This document shows, piece after piece, positions 50,498-60,539 of a stretch of DNA of 64,000 bases. Where the stretch lies: contig OZ243938.1 of NCBI GenBank assembly GCA_965214095.1, forward strand, positions 1,216,001 through 1,280,000. Direction: 5' to 3'. Each line of letters begins with the position of its first letter. The first letter of the stretch is position 1. This stretch comes from Candidatus Poribacteria bacterium (GTDB taxonomy: Bacteria; Poribacteria; WGA-4E; WGA-3G). The position numbers and the translations under genes were made by a program. The notes beneath the pieces are model-generated. The model saw nothing but the letters and a program-made list of their open reading frames with translations. It did not search any database and was not told the origin of the DNA.

Positions 50498-53400
50498 TCA
50501 ATTGACAAGAATCTCATTGAAAAGTGTACGCGTTTTTTCTGTCCACTTACCATAGTCCTGTAGGAATGCCTCAACGATTGACGAATCTTCAGTTTCCTCA
50601 TATCCGAGTCTACGTGCTAATTGTGCCAATTCCGAGCGATTGGTAGGTAATGAATCTAATGTCCGGTCATGAACTATCCTTAAAGCATTTTCGACACTTC
50701 TTAGATATTGATATGACTCAGATAAACCTTCACGTTGTGTTTCTGTTAGAACTCCGATTCCAAGCAGTTTATCAATCGCCATGAGTGTATTTGGGACTCG
50801 TATTGATTTGTGCTCAGTTCCATGTATGAGTTGAAGCGTTTGCACTGCAAATTCAATATCAACCAACCCGCCGTAACCGGATTTTACATTTGCAGTAGAC
50901 CTTTGCCCTTTTCCACTACGTCTGCGCCGAGACTTTGTTTTCCGAGTAGCTTGGCTCTCTTTGCGTTGACGTGTGTGGACAATCTCTGATTTTTCTTCTG
51001 AAGTAATCGGGTGTGAATAGCAGAATGAATGTGCAATTTCCATATATCTGTTGCCTAATCCTTCAATATCTCCTGCGACAACTCGTGCGCGGGTGAGTGC
51101 TTGTCGTTCCCATATTTCCGCTGAATTATCGTAGTAATTTTGATAACCATCTAACGGTAATGCAATTGCACCGCCAGTACCGTAAGGACGGAGACGAAGA
51201 TCCAACTCGTATATGCTCATACCGTGATTCCCACTAAGTAGATTTACCAACTCTAAACCGAGTGAAGTGAAAAATTCGGAATTGGGCATCCCTTTTGATG
51301 TTTTACCATCTGCTGTGTAGACATACATAATATCTAAATCAGAACTGAAATTAAGGTCACGTCCTCCGAACTTGCCCATTGCAATGATAGCGAATGTTAC
51401 AGGTGTTCCATCATTGTTGATTGGTGTGCCGTGTTCCTTACGTAGTTGAATGTCAATTTGACGGTATATCCCTTGTAGAATTGCTTCAGCTAAATCAGAG
51501 AGTTCCTCAGTTGTTGTAGGTAGGTCTGCTTTACCGAGAATGTTTCGCAAGGCAATTCGCCAAATCTCATCATTCTTGTATTGTCTAATTAAATTCAATA
51601 CTTGTGATTCGGTAGTGTTCTCTAGGATCTGGCTTACCTCTTCATGTTTTTGAGCAAGCGTTTTCGGAAATTCAGTGAAAGTCGGTACTGTCAGAAAGTC
51701 AAACAGTTCTGGACTTGTAATCAAAAGATCTGCCAAGTAAAGGCTTGAACCACAGACCGTTGTTATGGCTTCAAGTGCTCCCTGTCTCTCCATAAACATG
51801 GTGTAGTAACTACTTCGTGCACCAACCTTTGCAGCGAATGCTTCAAAGTACCGTAATGCCATGTCTGGGTCGGGTGCCTCACTGATACATTTCAATAGAG
51901 ATGGAGCCAGTTTGAAGAACGTGCGTCTGACTGATGGAGAAAACTGTTGTCCTTCTGCACCGTTCGCAAGTTGACGGAGCAAGCGATGGGCATCGCGTAC
52001 ATTTTCAAAACCGAATCGTCCCAACTGTTGCTCTATCTGATCACTATCATCTTGGTTTAGCAGCACGGCTATATCCAATTGATCTGGGTCTGAAACATTC
52101 ATTACTTTCTCAAAGATGGCACGAACTTGACGAGTATGTTTCTTGTAATCTTGCTGAAATGCCTCAAGTGCCTCATCACGATATCCTAACATACGAGCAA
52201 GTTGCCTCGCTTCATCCGATTTTGCTGGAACAGAGTACCTTTGTTGATCCGATTCAATCTGTATGGCATTTTCCGTCCTTCGTAAAAAGCGATATGCATC
52301 GCATAATATATCTGCGTCTTCAGCTTCCAGTAATTTGTTTACATTTAATGCAGCAAGTGTTTCCAACGTATTCTGGGAACATAGAGACCTGTTTTTTCCA
52401 CCATGGATCATCTGTAGGCATTGGACAGTAAACTCAATATCACGAATGGCTCCCGGACCAAGTTTAACATGTTTTTCTATGTCAATTCTTTCTCCTAAAA
52501 GTCTCTCCTCTATACGTGCTTTTGTGTTGCGAATATCGGTCTTTATTTCATTGAGTGTAACTCCATCTAAATACCGTTGATATACAAAGGGTTGTATCAT
52601 TCGGATAAATTCTTCTCCGAAAGCTAAATCCCCTCCGACGGGCCGCGCTTTTATTAACGCTTGACGTTCCCATAGATCCCCCCAACCTTCATAGTAACTT
52701 TCGTAACTTTCCATAGAACGGATGATGACTCCTGCACTGCTCTCCGGTCGTAGACGGATGTCAACACGGAAGACATACCCTTCTGCTGTTACTTCACTCA
52801 TTGCTCTAATGATGAACTCACATAAACGTGCGTAGTATTCGCTATTATCTATGTCTTTGTCTGTTTTTCCTTCATCCGAATACACAAAGATTAGGTCAAT
52901 ATCAGAACTAAAATTAAGTTCATACCCACCCAGTTTACCCATTCCTATTACAGCGAATCGACAAGGAGATGTGCCATCTTCACTAAGTGGTGTGCCGTAT
53001 TTCGGTTTCATAATCTGGTTTGACCCGATTTCATAGCAATTTTGTAAAGCTGCTTCTGCTAAATTCGATAATTCCAATGTTGTAGTCTTGACATCTGTAT
53101 CCTGAAGAAGGTCACGTAATGCTATCCGTAGACTTTCGCGTCTCTTGTACCATCGGATGATTCGTAGTTTCTGCTCAACATCATTATATCTGTTGATTGA
53201 TGTTGCAAGTTCAGTATACATTGTATCTCGGGTTTTTGGTGTTCCCATTACGTTAGAATCAATAATGTCATAGAAATAGATTGGATTACGAATCAGTATG
53301 TCAGACAGATATGTGGATGCTCCGAAACTTAGCATGACCGGAGGTATCAAAAAGGGGGCATCTCGTAAGAGTTGATAAACACATCTGCGGTTGAATGTTG

Positions 53401-53659
53401 CATGTGCGAAACGAGAAAAGTTCTTCAATGCTGCTTCCGGATTTGGCGTATTTAGGCAGGATGTCAATAGAGAGATAGCGATTTCTTCAAAGCAGGACTG
53501 AATTTCGGTATTATCAGTGACAAGTTCTTGTAGACTTCGTAATATAGATTCATTGTCTATATTTCCCTGCTCTTTAGATGCCTTGGATAATAATTGCTGA
53601 ATTTCTTCTCTCTGACTTTGTGGTAGTGGCAGTTCTTCGTAATGCATCATCACTCCCAA
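50498..53659 (-). CDS. glnE: Bifunctional glutamine synthetase adenylyltransferase/deadenylylase
   Basis: Two NTase domains (MGKLGGYELNFSSDIDL; MGKFGGRDLNFSSDLD), D.RLRP, WERQAL. Confidence 0.95.
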   Translation of the reverse strand: MGVMMHYEELPLPQSQREEIQQLLSKASKEQGNIDNESILRSLQELVTDNTEIQSCFEEIAISLLTSCLNTPNPEAALKNFSRFAHATFNRRCVYQLLRDAPFLIPPVMLSFGASTYLSDILIRNPIYFYDIIDSNVMGTPKTRDTMYTELATSINRYNDVEQKLRIIRWYKRRESLRIALRDLLQDTDVKTTTLELSNLAEAALQNCYEIGSNQIMKPKYGTPLSEDGTSPCRFAVIGMGKLGGYELNFSSDIDLIFVYSDEGKTDKDIDNSEYYARLCEFIIRAMSEVTAEGYVFRVDIRLRPESSAGVIIRSMESYESYYEGWGDLWERQALIKARPVGGDLAFGEEFIRMIQPFVYQRYLDGVTLNEIKTDIRNTKARIEERLLGERIDIEKHVKLGPGAIRDIEFTVQCLQMIHGGKNRSLCSQNTLETLAALNVNKLLEAEDADILCDAYRFLRRTENAIQIESDQQRYSVPAKSDEARQLARMLGYRDEALEAFQQDYKKHTRQVRAIFEKVMNVSDPDQLDIAVLLNQDDSDQIEQQLGRFGFENVRDAHRLLRQLANGAEGQQFSPSVRRTFFKLAPSLLKCISEAPDPDMALRYFEAFAAKVGARSSYYTMFMERQGALEAITTVCGSSLYLADLLITSPELFDFLTVPTFTEFPKTLAQKHEEVSQILENTTESQVLNLIRQYKNDEIWRIALRNILGKADLPTTTEELSDLAEAILQGIYRQIDIQLRKEHGTPINNDGTPVTFAIIAMGKFGGRDLNFSSDLDIMYVYTADGKTSKGMPNSEFFTSLGLELVNLLSGNHGMSIYELDLRLRPYGTGGAIALPLDGYQNYYDNSAEIWERQALTRARVVAGDIEGLGNRYMEIAHSFCYSHPITSEEKSEIVHTRQRKESQATRKTKSRRRRSGKGQRSTANVKSGYGGLVDIEFAVQTLQLIHGTEHKSIRVPNTLMAIDKLLGIGVLTETQREGLSESYQYLRSVENALRIVHDRTLDSLPTNRSELAQLARRLGYEETEDSSIVEAFLQDYGKWTEKTRTLFNEILVN

Positions 53660-53745
53660 AATAATACATGATTATTATTATCATACCAAAATATAGTTTG
53701 AATATAACATAAAATGATCAGGAAATCAACAGAATTTACACCTAA

Positions 53746-55200
53746 TCAATCCAAAGGAAACAAAGGTCTACGAACATTCTGATATGAAAAATGCAGTGGA
53801 TTCACTGCGGTCAGTCCGGGTGTATCCACTTCAATAATCTTTCCGGCAATAGGTTCGTAGGCAGCACGGTAGGCTATTGCAGCTTTCACAACAATCATAC
53901 GCATTTCCTTTGGATTGATACCCAGGTTCAACAACTGCTGCAGACTAAATGGGGTTTGTCGTCTACTTGTGAGGACAATTAATGAGTCATTTGCTTGGAC
54001 TACTGCTGTTAGTCCTTGATTGTGATATTTCTGTCCACCGTGACGTGGTTCTGTCTCTATAAAATGACCATCATGAAGTAAGCGAACTTCCCCTTGAATT
54101 GACACTGATTCGCCATGAAGATTGTCAGTTTTTCCTCCGACTATTAACGAGATTTCATTTCCGACTCCTGTCTGTACACAAGTTGCAACACTCTCAGGAT
54201 CACATAGCACAACAACATATCCAGATGCTTTTTGTCGTATCAATTCATCAAGAATGATTGTGCTATCACCCGGTGAACCGCCTCCTATGTTATCACCCAT
54301 TTCAACGAGTATCACAGGATGTTTTTGACTTTGTATCGCTTGCTGAACTGCCTCTGAAGTATCAGGTAGATTCAATGATAGTCGGTCTCGTATATTCCAC
54401 AACATATCCGAGAGCCGATTTGCTTCAGTCTGTGCAAGTTGTGGTTCATCGTCAGTTACAACTACGAAGGAAGGACCTATTTCGGACACATCTGCATACG
54501 GATATCCTGCTGCAACATTTGCGACAAGAATGTTCGCGTTGTTTTCCAATTGCTCTGCATTATTGATGATAGATAACATCGGTTCTGCGCTTGTGTTCTG
54601 ATATAGAATGTTAAGAATCATCGGTGGTTTGGCAAGTGCTTGGGTTGGCATGACATTTTCTTTTAGGATTCGTACCAATAATTCTCCTGCTTGGATGCCA
54701 CGTTCTCTTTGGTCAATATGCGGATTAGTCTTGTATATTACGAGAGCAGTTGATCTGTCAACCATCTGTTGTGATACATTTGCATGGTGGTCAAGGGTGA
54801 CAACGATGGGCAGCGACTCACCAAATGTCTCTCTCAACCGATGTAGCACTTCACCGTCACCATCAGGATAACTTTCAACTACCATAGCACCGTGTAAAGC
54901 CAACAATATCCCATCAATGTTTTCTATTGATTTTAGTTGTTGAATTAGGAGATCCGTTAGTTTTTCAAAGGCATCATCGGTTACTGGACCGGCTGGCGTG
55001 GCAGAAGCCATTACTGTAGGAATTGCAATAAGATCTTCTTTTTCTGTGCATTGTATAAAACCACCTATCTCGTGGTGTGTGTCTTTCCATGCAGAGATAA
55101 TATCTACTCCAATTGTCTGGGAAAATGCTTTAATGTCTGTAAGTGTTCTGCTAAACGTATTTGATTCATGCATTATTCCACCGAATGCAATTTTATACAT
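53746..55200 (-). CDS. M81 family metallopeptidase (MlrC-like)
   Basis: HESNTF, LHGAM, DGDG, LDHHAN, PHID, DNIGGG. Confidence 0.9.
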   Translation of the reverse strand: MYKIAFGGIMHESNTFSRTLTDIKAFSQTIGVDIISAWKDTHHEIGGFIQCTEKEDLIAIPTVMASATPAGPVTDDAFEKLTDLLIQQLKSIENIDGILLALHGAMVVESYPDGDGEVLHRLRETFGESLPIVVTLDHHANVSQQMVDRSTALVIYKTNPHIDQRERGIQAGELLVRILKENVMPTQALAKPPMILNILYQNTSAEPMLSIINNAEQLENNANILVANVAAGYPYADVSEIGPSFVVVTDDEPQLAQTEANRLSDMLWNIRDRLSLNLPDTSEAVQQAIQSQKHPVILVEMGDNIGGGSPGDSTIILDELIRQKASGYVVVLCDPESVATCVQTGVGNEISLIVGGKTDNLHGESVSIQGEVRLLHDGHFIETEPRHGGQKYHNQGLTAVVQANDSLIVLTSRRQTPFSLQQLLNLGINPKEMRMIVVKAAIAYRAAYEPIAGKIIEVDTPGLTAVNPLHFSYQNVRRPLFPLD

Positions 55201-55221
55201 GGCTGCTCCTTTAAGTTGAAA

Positions 55222-55323
55222 TATGATAGTTTTTAGGTTTATTTCTACATTTTGATGGATGAGGTCTGGAGACCTCGTCTGCCTTGGACGGTATGCGTCT
55301 TATTATTTTAGTTTTTCACCATA
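55222..55323 (-). mobile_element. MITE-like element, diverged relative of 42543-42645
   Basis: Minus strand TATGGTGAA...GGCAGACGAGGTCTCCAGACCTC... Confidence 0.55.
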
Positions 55324-55477
55324 GTTGTAAATTTAACCATCAAGAAACACTAATACATGTATCTTTTCTTCATATATTCACAATTTAAAAATGTCTTGAC
55401 GAAGAGCATATAAATAGTGTATCATTTAACACAGATTTTGACTTGTACTTATTGCGTCTGAACTGTTAAACCGACAA

Positions 55478-56119
55478 TTGTCAATCTTAAATAGAGTCAC
55501 GAAAGAACGTATGCATGACAATGGTGTCCGAAAGAACCGTATTGAAGAAGCAATAGAAGTTGCTGCACAGGAACACCACGGGCAATTTCGCAAAGGCACA
55601 GAAACGCCGTATATATCCCATCCGTATGCTGTTTGTCTGATATTGATGAACGAAGGATGTTCGGAGGAAGTTGTTATTGCAGGTCTTCTACACGATACAG
55701 TTGAAGATACTGACATGACTTTGGAGTGTATACAAAAGAGATTCGGACAAACTGTCGCTGAGATAGTTGATGGATGTTCGGAAGATAAATCCTTACGATG
55801 GCGTGAACGTAAGACAGAACGAATTGAAGCATTGAAGACTGCAAGTCCTGAAATTTGCCTTGTAACTTGTGCGGATAAAATTCACAATCTACGTACAGTG
55901 ATTTCTGAATATGAAGAAATCGGTGACATCGTTTGGGAACGTTTTCACGGTGGTGTTGAAGCACAAGCATGGTATTATCAAAGCATTTTAGACAGTTTGC
56001 ACACCCAGATAGAATCGGACCATAGTGCAAGCAATAATAAAGATATACAAAGACAATTCCAATCACTTTTTGAACAATTGCAACATGCATTAGTTTATCT
56101 TTTTGATGGAGAAGCATAA
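55478..56119 (+). CDS. Stand-alone HD-domain small alarmone hydrolase (Mesh1/SAH-like)
   Basis: AA..HHGQFRKG...PYISHP, AGLLHDTVEDT, ADKIHN. Confidence 0.85.
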   Translation: MSILNRVTKERMHDNGVRKNRIEEAIEVAAQEHHGQFRKGTETPYISHPYAVCLILMNEGCSEEVVIAGLLHDTVEDTDMTLECIQKRFGQTVAEIVDGCSEDKSLRWRERKTERIEALKTASPEICLVTCADKIHNLRTVISEYEEIGDIVWERFHGGVEAQAWYYQSILDSLHTQIESDHSASNNKDIQRQFQSLFEQLQHALVYLFDGEA

Positions 56120-56193
56120 AAACATACCGAGAGAAATTAGATTGAAGACAAATAAACAATACAATTTGAATCACATTATTGGATAATTAATTA

Positions 56194-57240
56194 ATGACCA
56201 AGAAAAAGGTACGACTCACAGCCACTGTCAAATGTGCTGGCTGAGCATCAAAACTTGCTCCGGGTGAGTTATCACAAATCTTAGACAGCCTTCCAAAATC
56301 CACAGACCCGAATCTGCTTGTAGGAACAGAGACATCTGATGACGCTGGAATTTATCGTATATCAGATGACATTGCACTTGTTAACACTGTGGATTATTTC
56401 ACACCTATCGTGGATGACCCATATACATTTGGTGCAATCGCAGCGACTAACTCACTCAGCGATGTTTATAGCATGGGTGGTGTACCGAAAACTGCGCTGA
56501 ATATCACATGTTGGCCCAAAGATGATCTTGATCTATCAATTCTGGGTGATATTGTCAGAGGCGGTGCAGATAAAGCTGCTGAATCTGGTGCAGCACTTGT
56601 TGGTGGACATACAGTGGATTCACCCGAACTCATGTATGGTCTTTCGGTAACAGGTGTCGTGCATCCTGATAAATATGTTAAAAACTACGGTGCAGGTCCC
56701 GGTGATGTACTTATCCTATCAAAGAATCTCGGTATTGGTATACTGACCACTGGATTGAAATTCAATAAAATAGGTGATGAAGTTCTACCACAAGTTGTTG
56801 AGTCCATGACACGTCTCAATGCCTCTGCGTCTAAGGTGATGTTAAAGTATGGTGCCACTGCTTGTACAGATGTCACGGGGTATGGTTTATTAGGACATGC
56901 GTCAGAAATGGCAGAAGGCAATAATATTCGTTTGCAGATAGATAGCAGTTCTGTTCCTTTCTTTGATGATGCACCGTCACTTGTTGCAAAGAAAACTTAT
57001 ACACAAGCATATCTTGCTAATACAAAGTTTCTTGCAGATAAGGTAACTTTCAAGCAATCCGTATCAGAAGAGATGCAACATATTTTGATGGAAGCTGAAA
57101 CTTCTGGTGGTTTGCTATTTGCTCTTCCTGCAGAACATGCAGCTGCTGCTGTCAAAGAACTTCGTGCTGCTGATTGTCCAGAAGCATCTGTAATCGGTAA
57201 AGTTGTTGACGCAGATGGCGCACATATAGAAGTGCATTAG
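56194..57240 (+). CDS. selD: Selenophosphate synthetase, selenocysteine-containing (UGA at 56242-56244)
   Basis: MTKKKVRLTATVKCAG-U-ASKL in frame with DDAGIY, DYFTP, ATNSLSDVYSMGG, GGHT, TDVTGYGLLGH, ETSGGLL. Confidence 0.93.
56252..56270 (+). promoter_or_regulatory. Candidate bacterial SECIS hairpin
   Basis: AACTTGC-TCCGG-GTGAGTT stem-loop starting 8 nt after the UGA. Confidence 0.5.
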
Positions 57241-57264
57241 TATGTCTTTCAAACGGTATCTTAT

Positions 57265-57786
57265 ATGACAAAAGCTGAGTTAGCACTGCAGATACGTGCA
57301 GTATCTTATCTTACAGGTGAATTCACTCTACGGTCTGGACAAGTAAGTAACTTTTATTGGGACAAATATAGATTTGAAAGTAACCCAGACCTCTTGGCTG
57401 CAATAGCCAGAGAGATGGTAAAATTGTTACCGAAGGAATATGACGGATTGGCAGGATTGGAATTAGGGGGAATCCCGCTGGTTACTGCAATTTCCTTGCA
57501 AACAGGTAGTTCTTGTTTTTATGTTCGTAAAGAAGCAAAACCCTATGGAACATGTAATCTGATAGAAGGAGGTGTGAAAGAGAAAAGCACACTGGTTGTT
57601 ATTGAAGATGTAATCACCACTGCGGGACAGGTATGTAGATCAATCGAACAGATCCGTGAAGAGGGACACACGGTGGAGCATGTGGTGTCAGTTATTGATC
57701 GGCAAGCAGGGGGAGAGGAGAAAATCAATACTTACGGTTGCTCTTTGGCATCCGTGTTTACACTTGCCGAATTAGAAGTAGTTTAA
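57265..57786 (+). CDS. pyrE: Orotate phosphoribosyltransferase
   Basis: GEFTLRSG..S..Y.D, GLELGGIP, VRKEAK.YG, VIEDVITTAG. Confidence 0.9.
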   Translation: MTKAELALQIRAVSYLTGEFTLRSGQVSNFYWDKYRFESNPDLLAAIAREMVKLLPKEYDGLAGLELGGIPLVTAISLQTGSSCFYVRKEAKPYGTCNLIEGGVKEKSTLVVIEDVITTAGQVCRSIEQIREEGHTVEHVVSVIDRQAGGEEKINTYGCSLASVFTLAELEVV

Positions 57787-57954
57787 CATCCATAGTATAA
57801 ATAATTGAACACATAATAGACAATCTGTTCAACTGTAAACTATAAATAACTTGTGCTGCTAAATAAGTTGTAAGCAAACACATTTCTAAAATACTACTTA
57901 AATGAGAAAGCACAAGCAACCGTAATAAAATACGAGAAATGTGAAGATATTAAA

Positions 57955-58752
57955 ATGAATATATTATTTATTGGTGATATTGTCGGCAACCCGGGGAGAA
58001 AAGTAGTAACTGAATATTTGAAACAAATAAATAAACCATCTGAAAACACTTATGACTTCATCGTTGTTAATGCGGAAAATGCTGCAGGCGGCAAAGGTCT
58101 AACCTTTGATATTGTTGACCAGTTGTTAGCCTCAGGAGTTTCTGCGATAACGACTGGTAACCATGTTTGGGCACAGAAGGAAATATTGGATTTCATTGAC
58201 ACAACTCCTCAATTGATTCGTCCAGCAAATTATCCGGTAGATGTCCCTGGTCGTGGTTACACAATAGTAGAATCTGCGGATGGAAATTCAAAACTTGGCG
58301 TAATCAATCTCGCTGGTCAGATTTTCATGAACAGATATACCAATCCGTTTCATGTGCTGAATTCGATTGTCCCAGAGATTAGAGCGGTAACACCTTATGT
58401 GCTTTTAGATTTTCATGCAGAAGCAACATCTGAAAAGATTGCGATGGGATGGCATGCGGATGGCAAGGTGAGTGCGGTAATTGGCACACATACTCATGTT
58501 CAAACAGCAGATGAGCGAGTTTTGCCTGAAGGAACTGCCTACATAAGTGATGTAGGCATGACTGGACCACACGACTCGGTTATCGGTAGTCGTAAAGAAC
58601 AGGTATTAGAGACTTTTCTGACATTGATGCCTGCACGTTTTGGCGTTGCTAAAGAAAATGTCAGGTTAAATGCTGTTAATATTGAGTTGAATGATGATAC
58701 TGGTTTAGCTGAAAACATAACGCGGATACAATTTCAGCTGCCAAACAGATAG
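57955..58752 (+). CDS. ymdB: YmdB-family 2',3'-cyclic phosphodiesterase
   Basis: GDIVG, NAENAAGG, TTGNH, DFHAEATSEK, GTHTHVQTAD. Confidence 0.93.
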   Translation: MNILFIGDIVGNPGRKVVTEYLKQINKPSENTYDFIVVNAENAAGGKGLTFDIVDQLLASGVSAITTGNHVWAQKEILDFIDTTPQLIRPANYPVDVPGRGYTIVESADGNSKLGVINLAGQIFMNRYTNPFHVLNSIVPEIRAVTPYVLLDFHAEATSEKIAMGWHADGKVSAVIGTHTHVQTADERVLPEGTAYISDVGMTGPHDSVIGSRKEQVLETFLTLMPARFGVAKENVRLNAVNIELNDDTGLAENITRIQFQLPNR

Positions 58753-58946
58753 TTTTGTCAATAGGCGATAATTATCCTTTGAATACGTGATTTAAACCAT
58801 TTCTGAAGAATAAGGTTCCATTGTGAAATTATAGGTTCACATTGATGTGAAGTATGTAAGATGCGCGTGAATTGCGTGACCTCAAACAGTCTATTTTTTT
58901 CATAGAGCGTATCTTATTTTTTCAAAATGGTTTTAGAAAGAGTCTT

Positions 58947-60167
58947 ATGCCATTAGATATTCCAATACCCCGCATTATTTTTAGTGTGTCACAGATCACA
59001 AAAACTATATCGCGGGCTATTGCGCAACAGCCGAAACTTCAAAATGTGTGGGTGAACGGACAGATATCCAACCTTGGAACACCGGCATCGGGACATATTT
59101 ATTTTACACTTAAAGATGAGAATAGTGCTATTCGGTGCGTTGTTTTTAAGAGTAGTGCGTCTCGTTTGAAGTTTACGTTAAGTGATGGAGATGAAGTTCT
59201 AGTACACGGGAAAGTCAATATCTATGCAGCAAGTAGTGGATATCAGATTATTATTGATAAGATTGAACCTATGGGTATTGGTGCACTTCAACGTGCCTAT
59301 GAGGAACTAAAACAGAGATTAACTGACGAAGGTTTATTTGATAGACATCATAAGAAATCTTTGCCTGCGTATCCAAAGAAAATAGGTGTGATCACATCCA
59401 AAACTGGTGCAGCAATCCAAGATATTTCCCAGCAGCTTCAAAAACGATTTCCTCTGTCTGAACTTCTCCTTTATCCTACCCTCGTTCAGGGGGAATATGC
59501 TGCTGCCCAGATTGTAAAGGCAATACAGGTTATGAATAATAGAACTGACATTGATGTTCTGATAGTTGGTAGAGGCGGTGGTTCAATAGAAGATTTATGG
59601 GCATTTAATGAAGAAAGAGTAGCACGAGCGATATTTGCATCGACCATCCCTATTATTTCTGCTGTAGGTCATGAGACAGATCTCACTATTGCTGACATGG
59701 TTGCAGATGAGCGAGCACCTACTCCGACTGCAGCTGTTGGTCTTGCTGTTCCTGATCAGCAAGAAATCTTGCCGCAGTTGCATGCTCAGAAAAACCGTTT
59801 AGAAAGCCTTGTACTGCATAGACTTGTAAGCCAACGTGATCAAGTTAATATGCTGGAAGAAGAACTTTCTCCTACAAAAAGAAGAGATGCAATTAATGCG
59901 TTGTCTCAATCTATAGATAGTATTGAAACGTCATTTCAAAAAACTGTAAGTGAAAGGATAAATGCCAAGAATGATTTGCTACATGCATTTGAAGCTCGGT
60001 TAAATGGGTTGAGTCCTTTAGCAACACTGAAACGAGGATATAGCATTACCAGAACATCTACAGGAGAAATCATCACGTCTAACAAACAGGCAAATGTTGG
60101 TGACAGACTTGATGTAACACTCTCTGATGGAAGTCTTGTATGTACCGTTGATGAACGGGTGGATTGA
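58947..60167 (+). CDS. xseA: Exodeoxyribonuclease VII large subunit
   Basis: SGHIYFTLKD, GRGGGSIEDLW, SAVGHETD, PTPTAA, LSPLATLKRGYS. Confidence 0.95.
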   Translation: MPLDIPIPRIIFSVSQITKTISRAIAQQPKLQNVWVNGQISNLGTPASGHIYFTLKDENSAIRCVVFKSSASRLKFTLSDGDEVLVHGKVNIYAASSGYQIIIDKIEPMGIGALQRAYEELKQRLTDEGLFDRHHKKSLPAYPKKIGVITSKTGAAIQDISQQLQKRFPLSELLLYPTLVQGEYAAAQIVKAIQVMNNRTDIDVLIVGRGGGSIEDLWAFNEERVARAIFASTIPIISAVGHETDLTIADMVADERAPTPTAAVGLAVPDQQEILPQLHAQKNRLESLVLHRLVSQRDQVNMLEEELSPTKRRDAINALSQSIDSIETSFQKTVSERINAKNDLLHAFEARLNGLSPLATLKRGYSITRTSTGEIITSNKQANVGDRLDVTLSDGSLVCTVDERVD

Positions 60168-60195
60168 AGTTTTCTGTCGAAATAAGTCGATTGTA

Positions 60196-60225
60196 TGTCA
60201 GGTTTAGTTCCACAACCCGACCTAC
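60196..60225 (-). repeat. GTAG-type REP hairpin (family of 6770-6847)
   Basis: Minus strand GTAGGTCGGGTTGTGGAACTAAACCTGAC. Confidence 0.7.
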
Positions 60226-60287
60226 AACAAATACCCATGTATGCATTTTGTCAGTAATTTTGCTCATGTTTTGAGAGGAGATATCGT

Positions 60288-60539
60288 TTGACATTTGAAG
60301 AGAAACTTGACAGATTAAAAGAGATTGTAGATATGTTAGAATCTCCAGAGACTTTGGAATTGGACACTTCTTTGTCACTTTTTGAGGAGGGAGTTGGATT
60401 AGTTCGTTCGTGTCGGAAACTCCTTGAAGAAGCCGAAGTCCGAGTTCAATTCATATCGCAAGATGAGAACAGCGTGAATGATGGGGAATCGTTATCCGAA
60501 AATGAAAACGGAGTATTTGATGGTTTTGAAGAAAATTAA
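60288..60539 (+). CDS. xseB: Exodeoxyribonuclease VII small subunit
   Basis: TFEEKL.RL.EIV..LE....L..SL..FEEG..L...C...L.EAE. Confidence 0.92.
   Translation: MTFEEKLDRLKEIVDMLESPETLELDTSLSLFEEGVGLVRSCRKLLEEAEVRVQFISQDENSVNDGESLSENENGVFDGFEEN

Noticed and set aside
56389-57240. Truncated selD or pseudogene
   Set aside because: The upstream TGA sits at the catalytic Sec position, so recoding explains it better.
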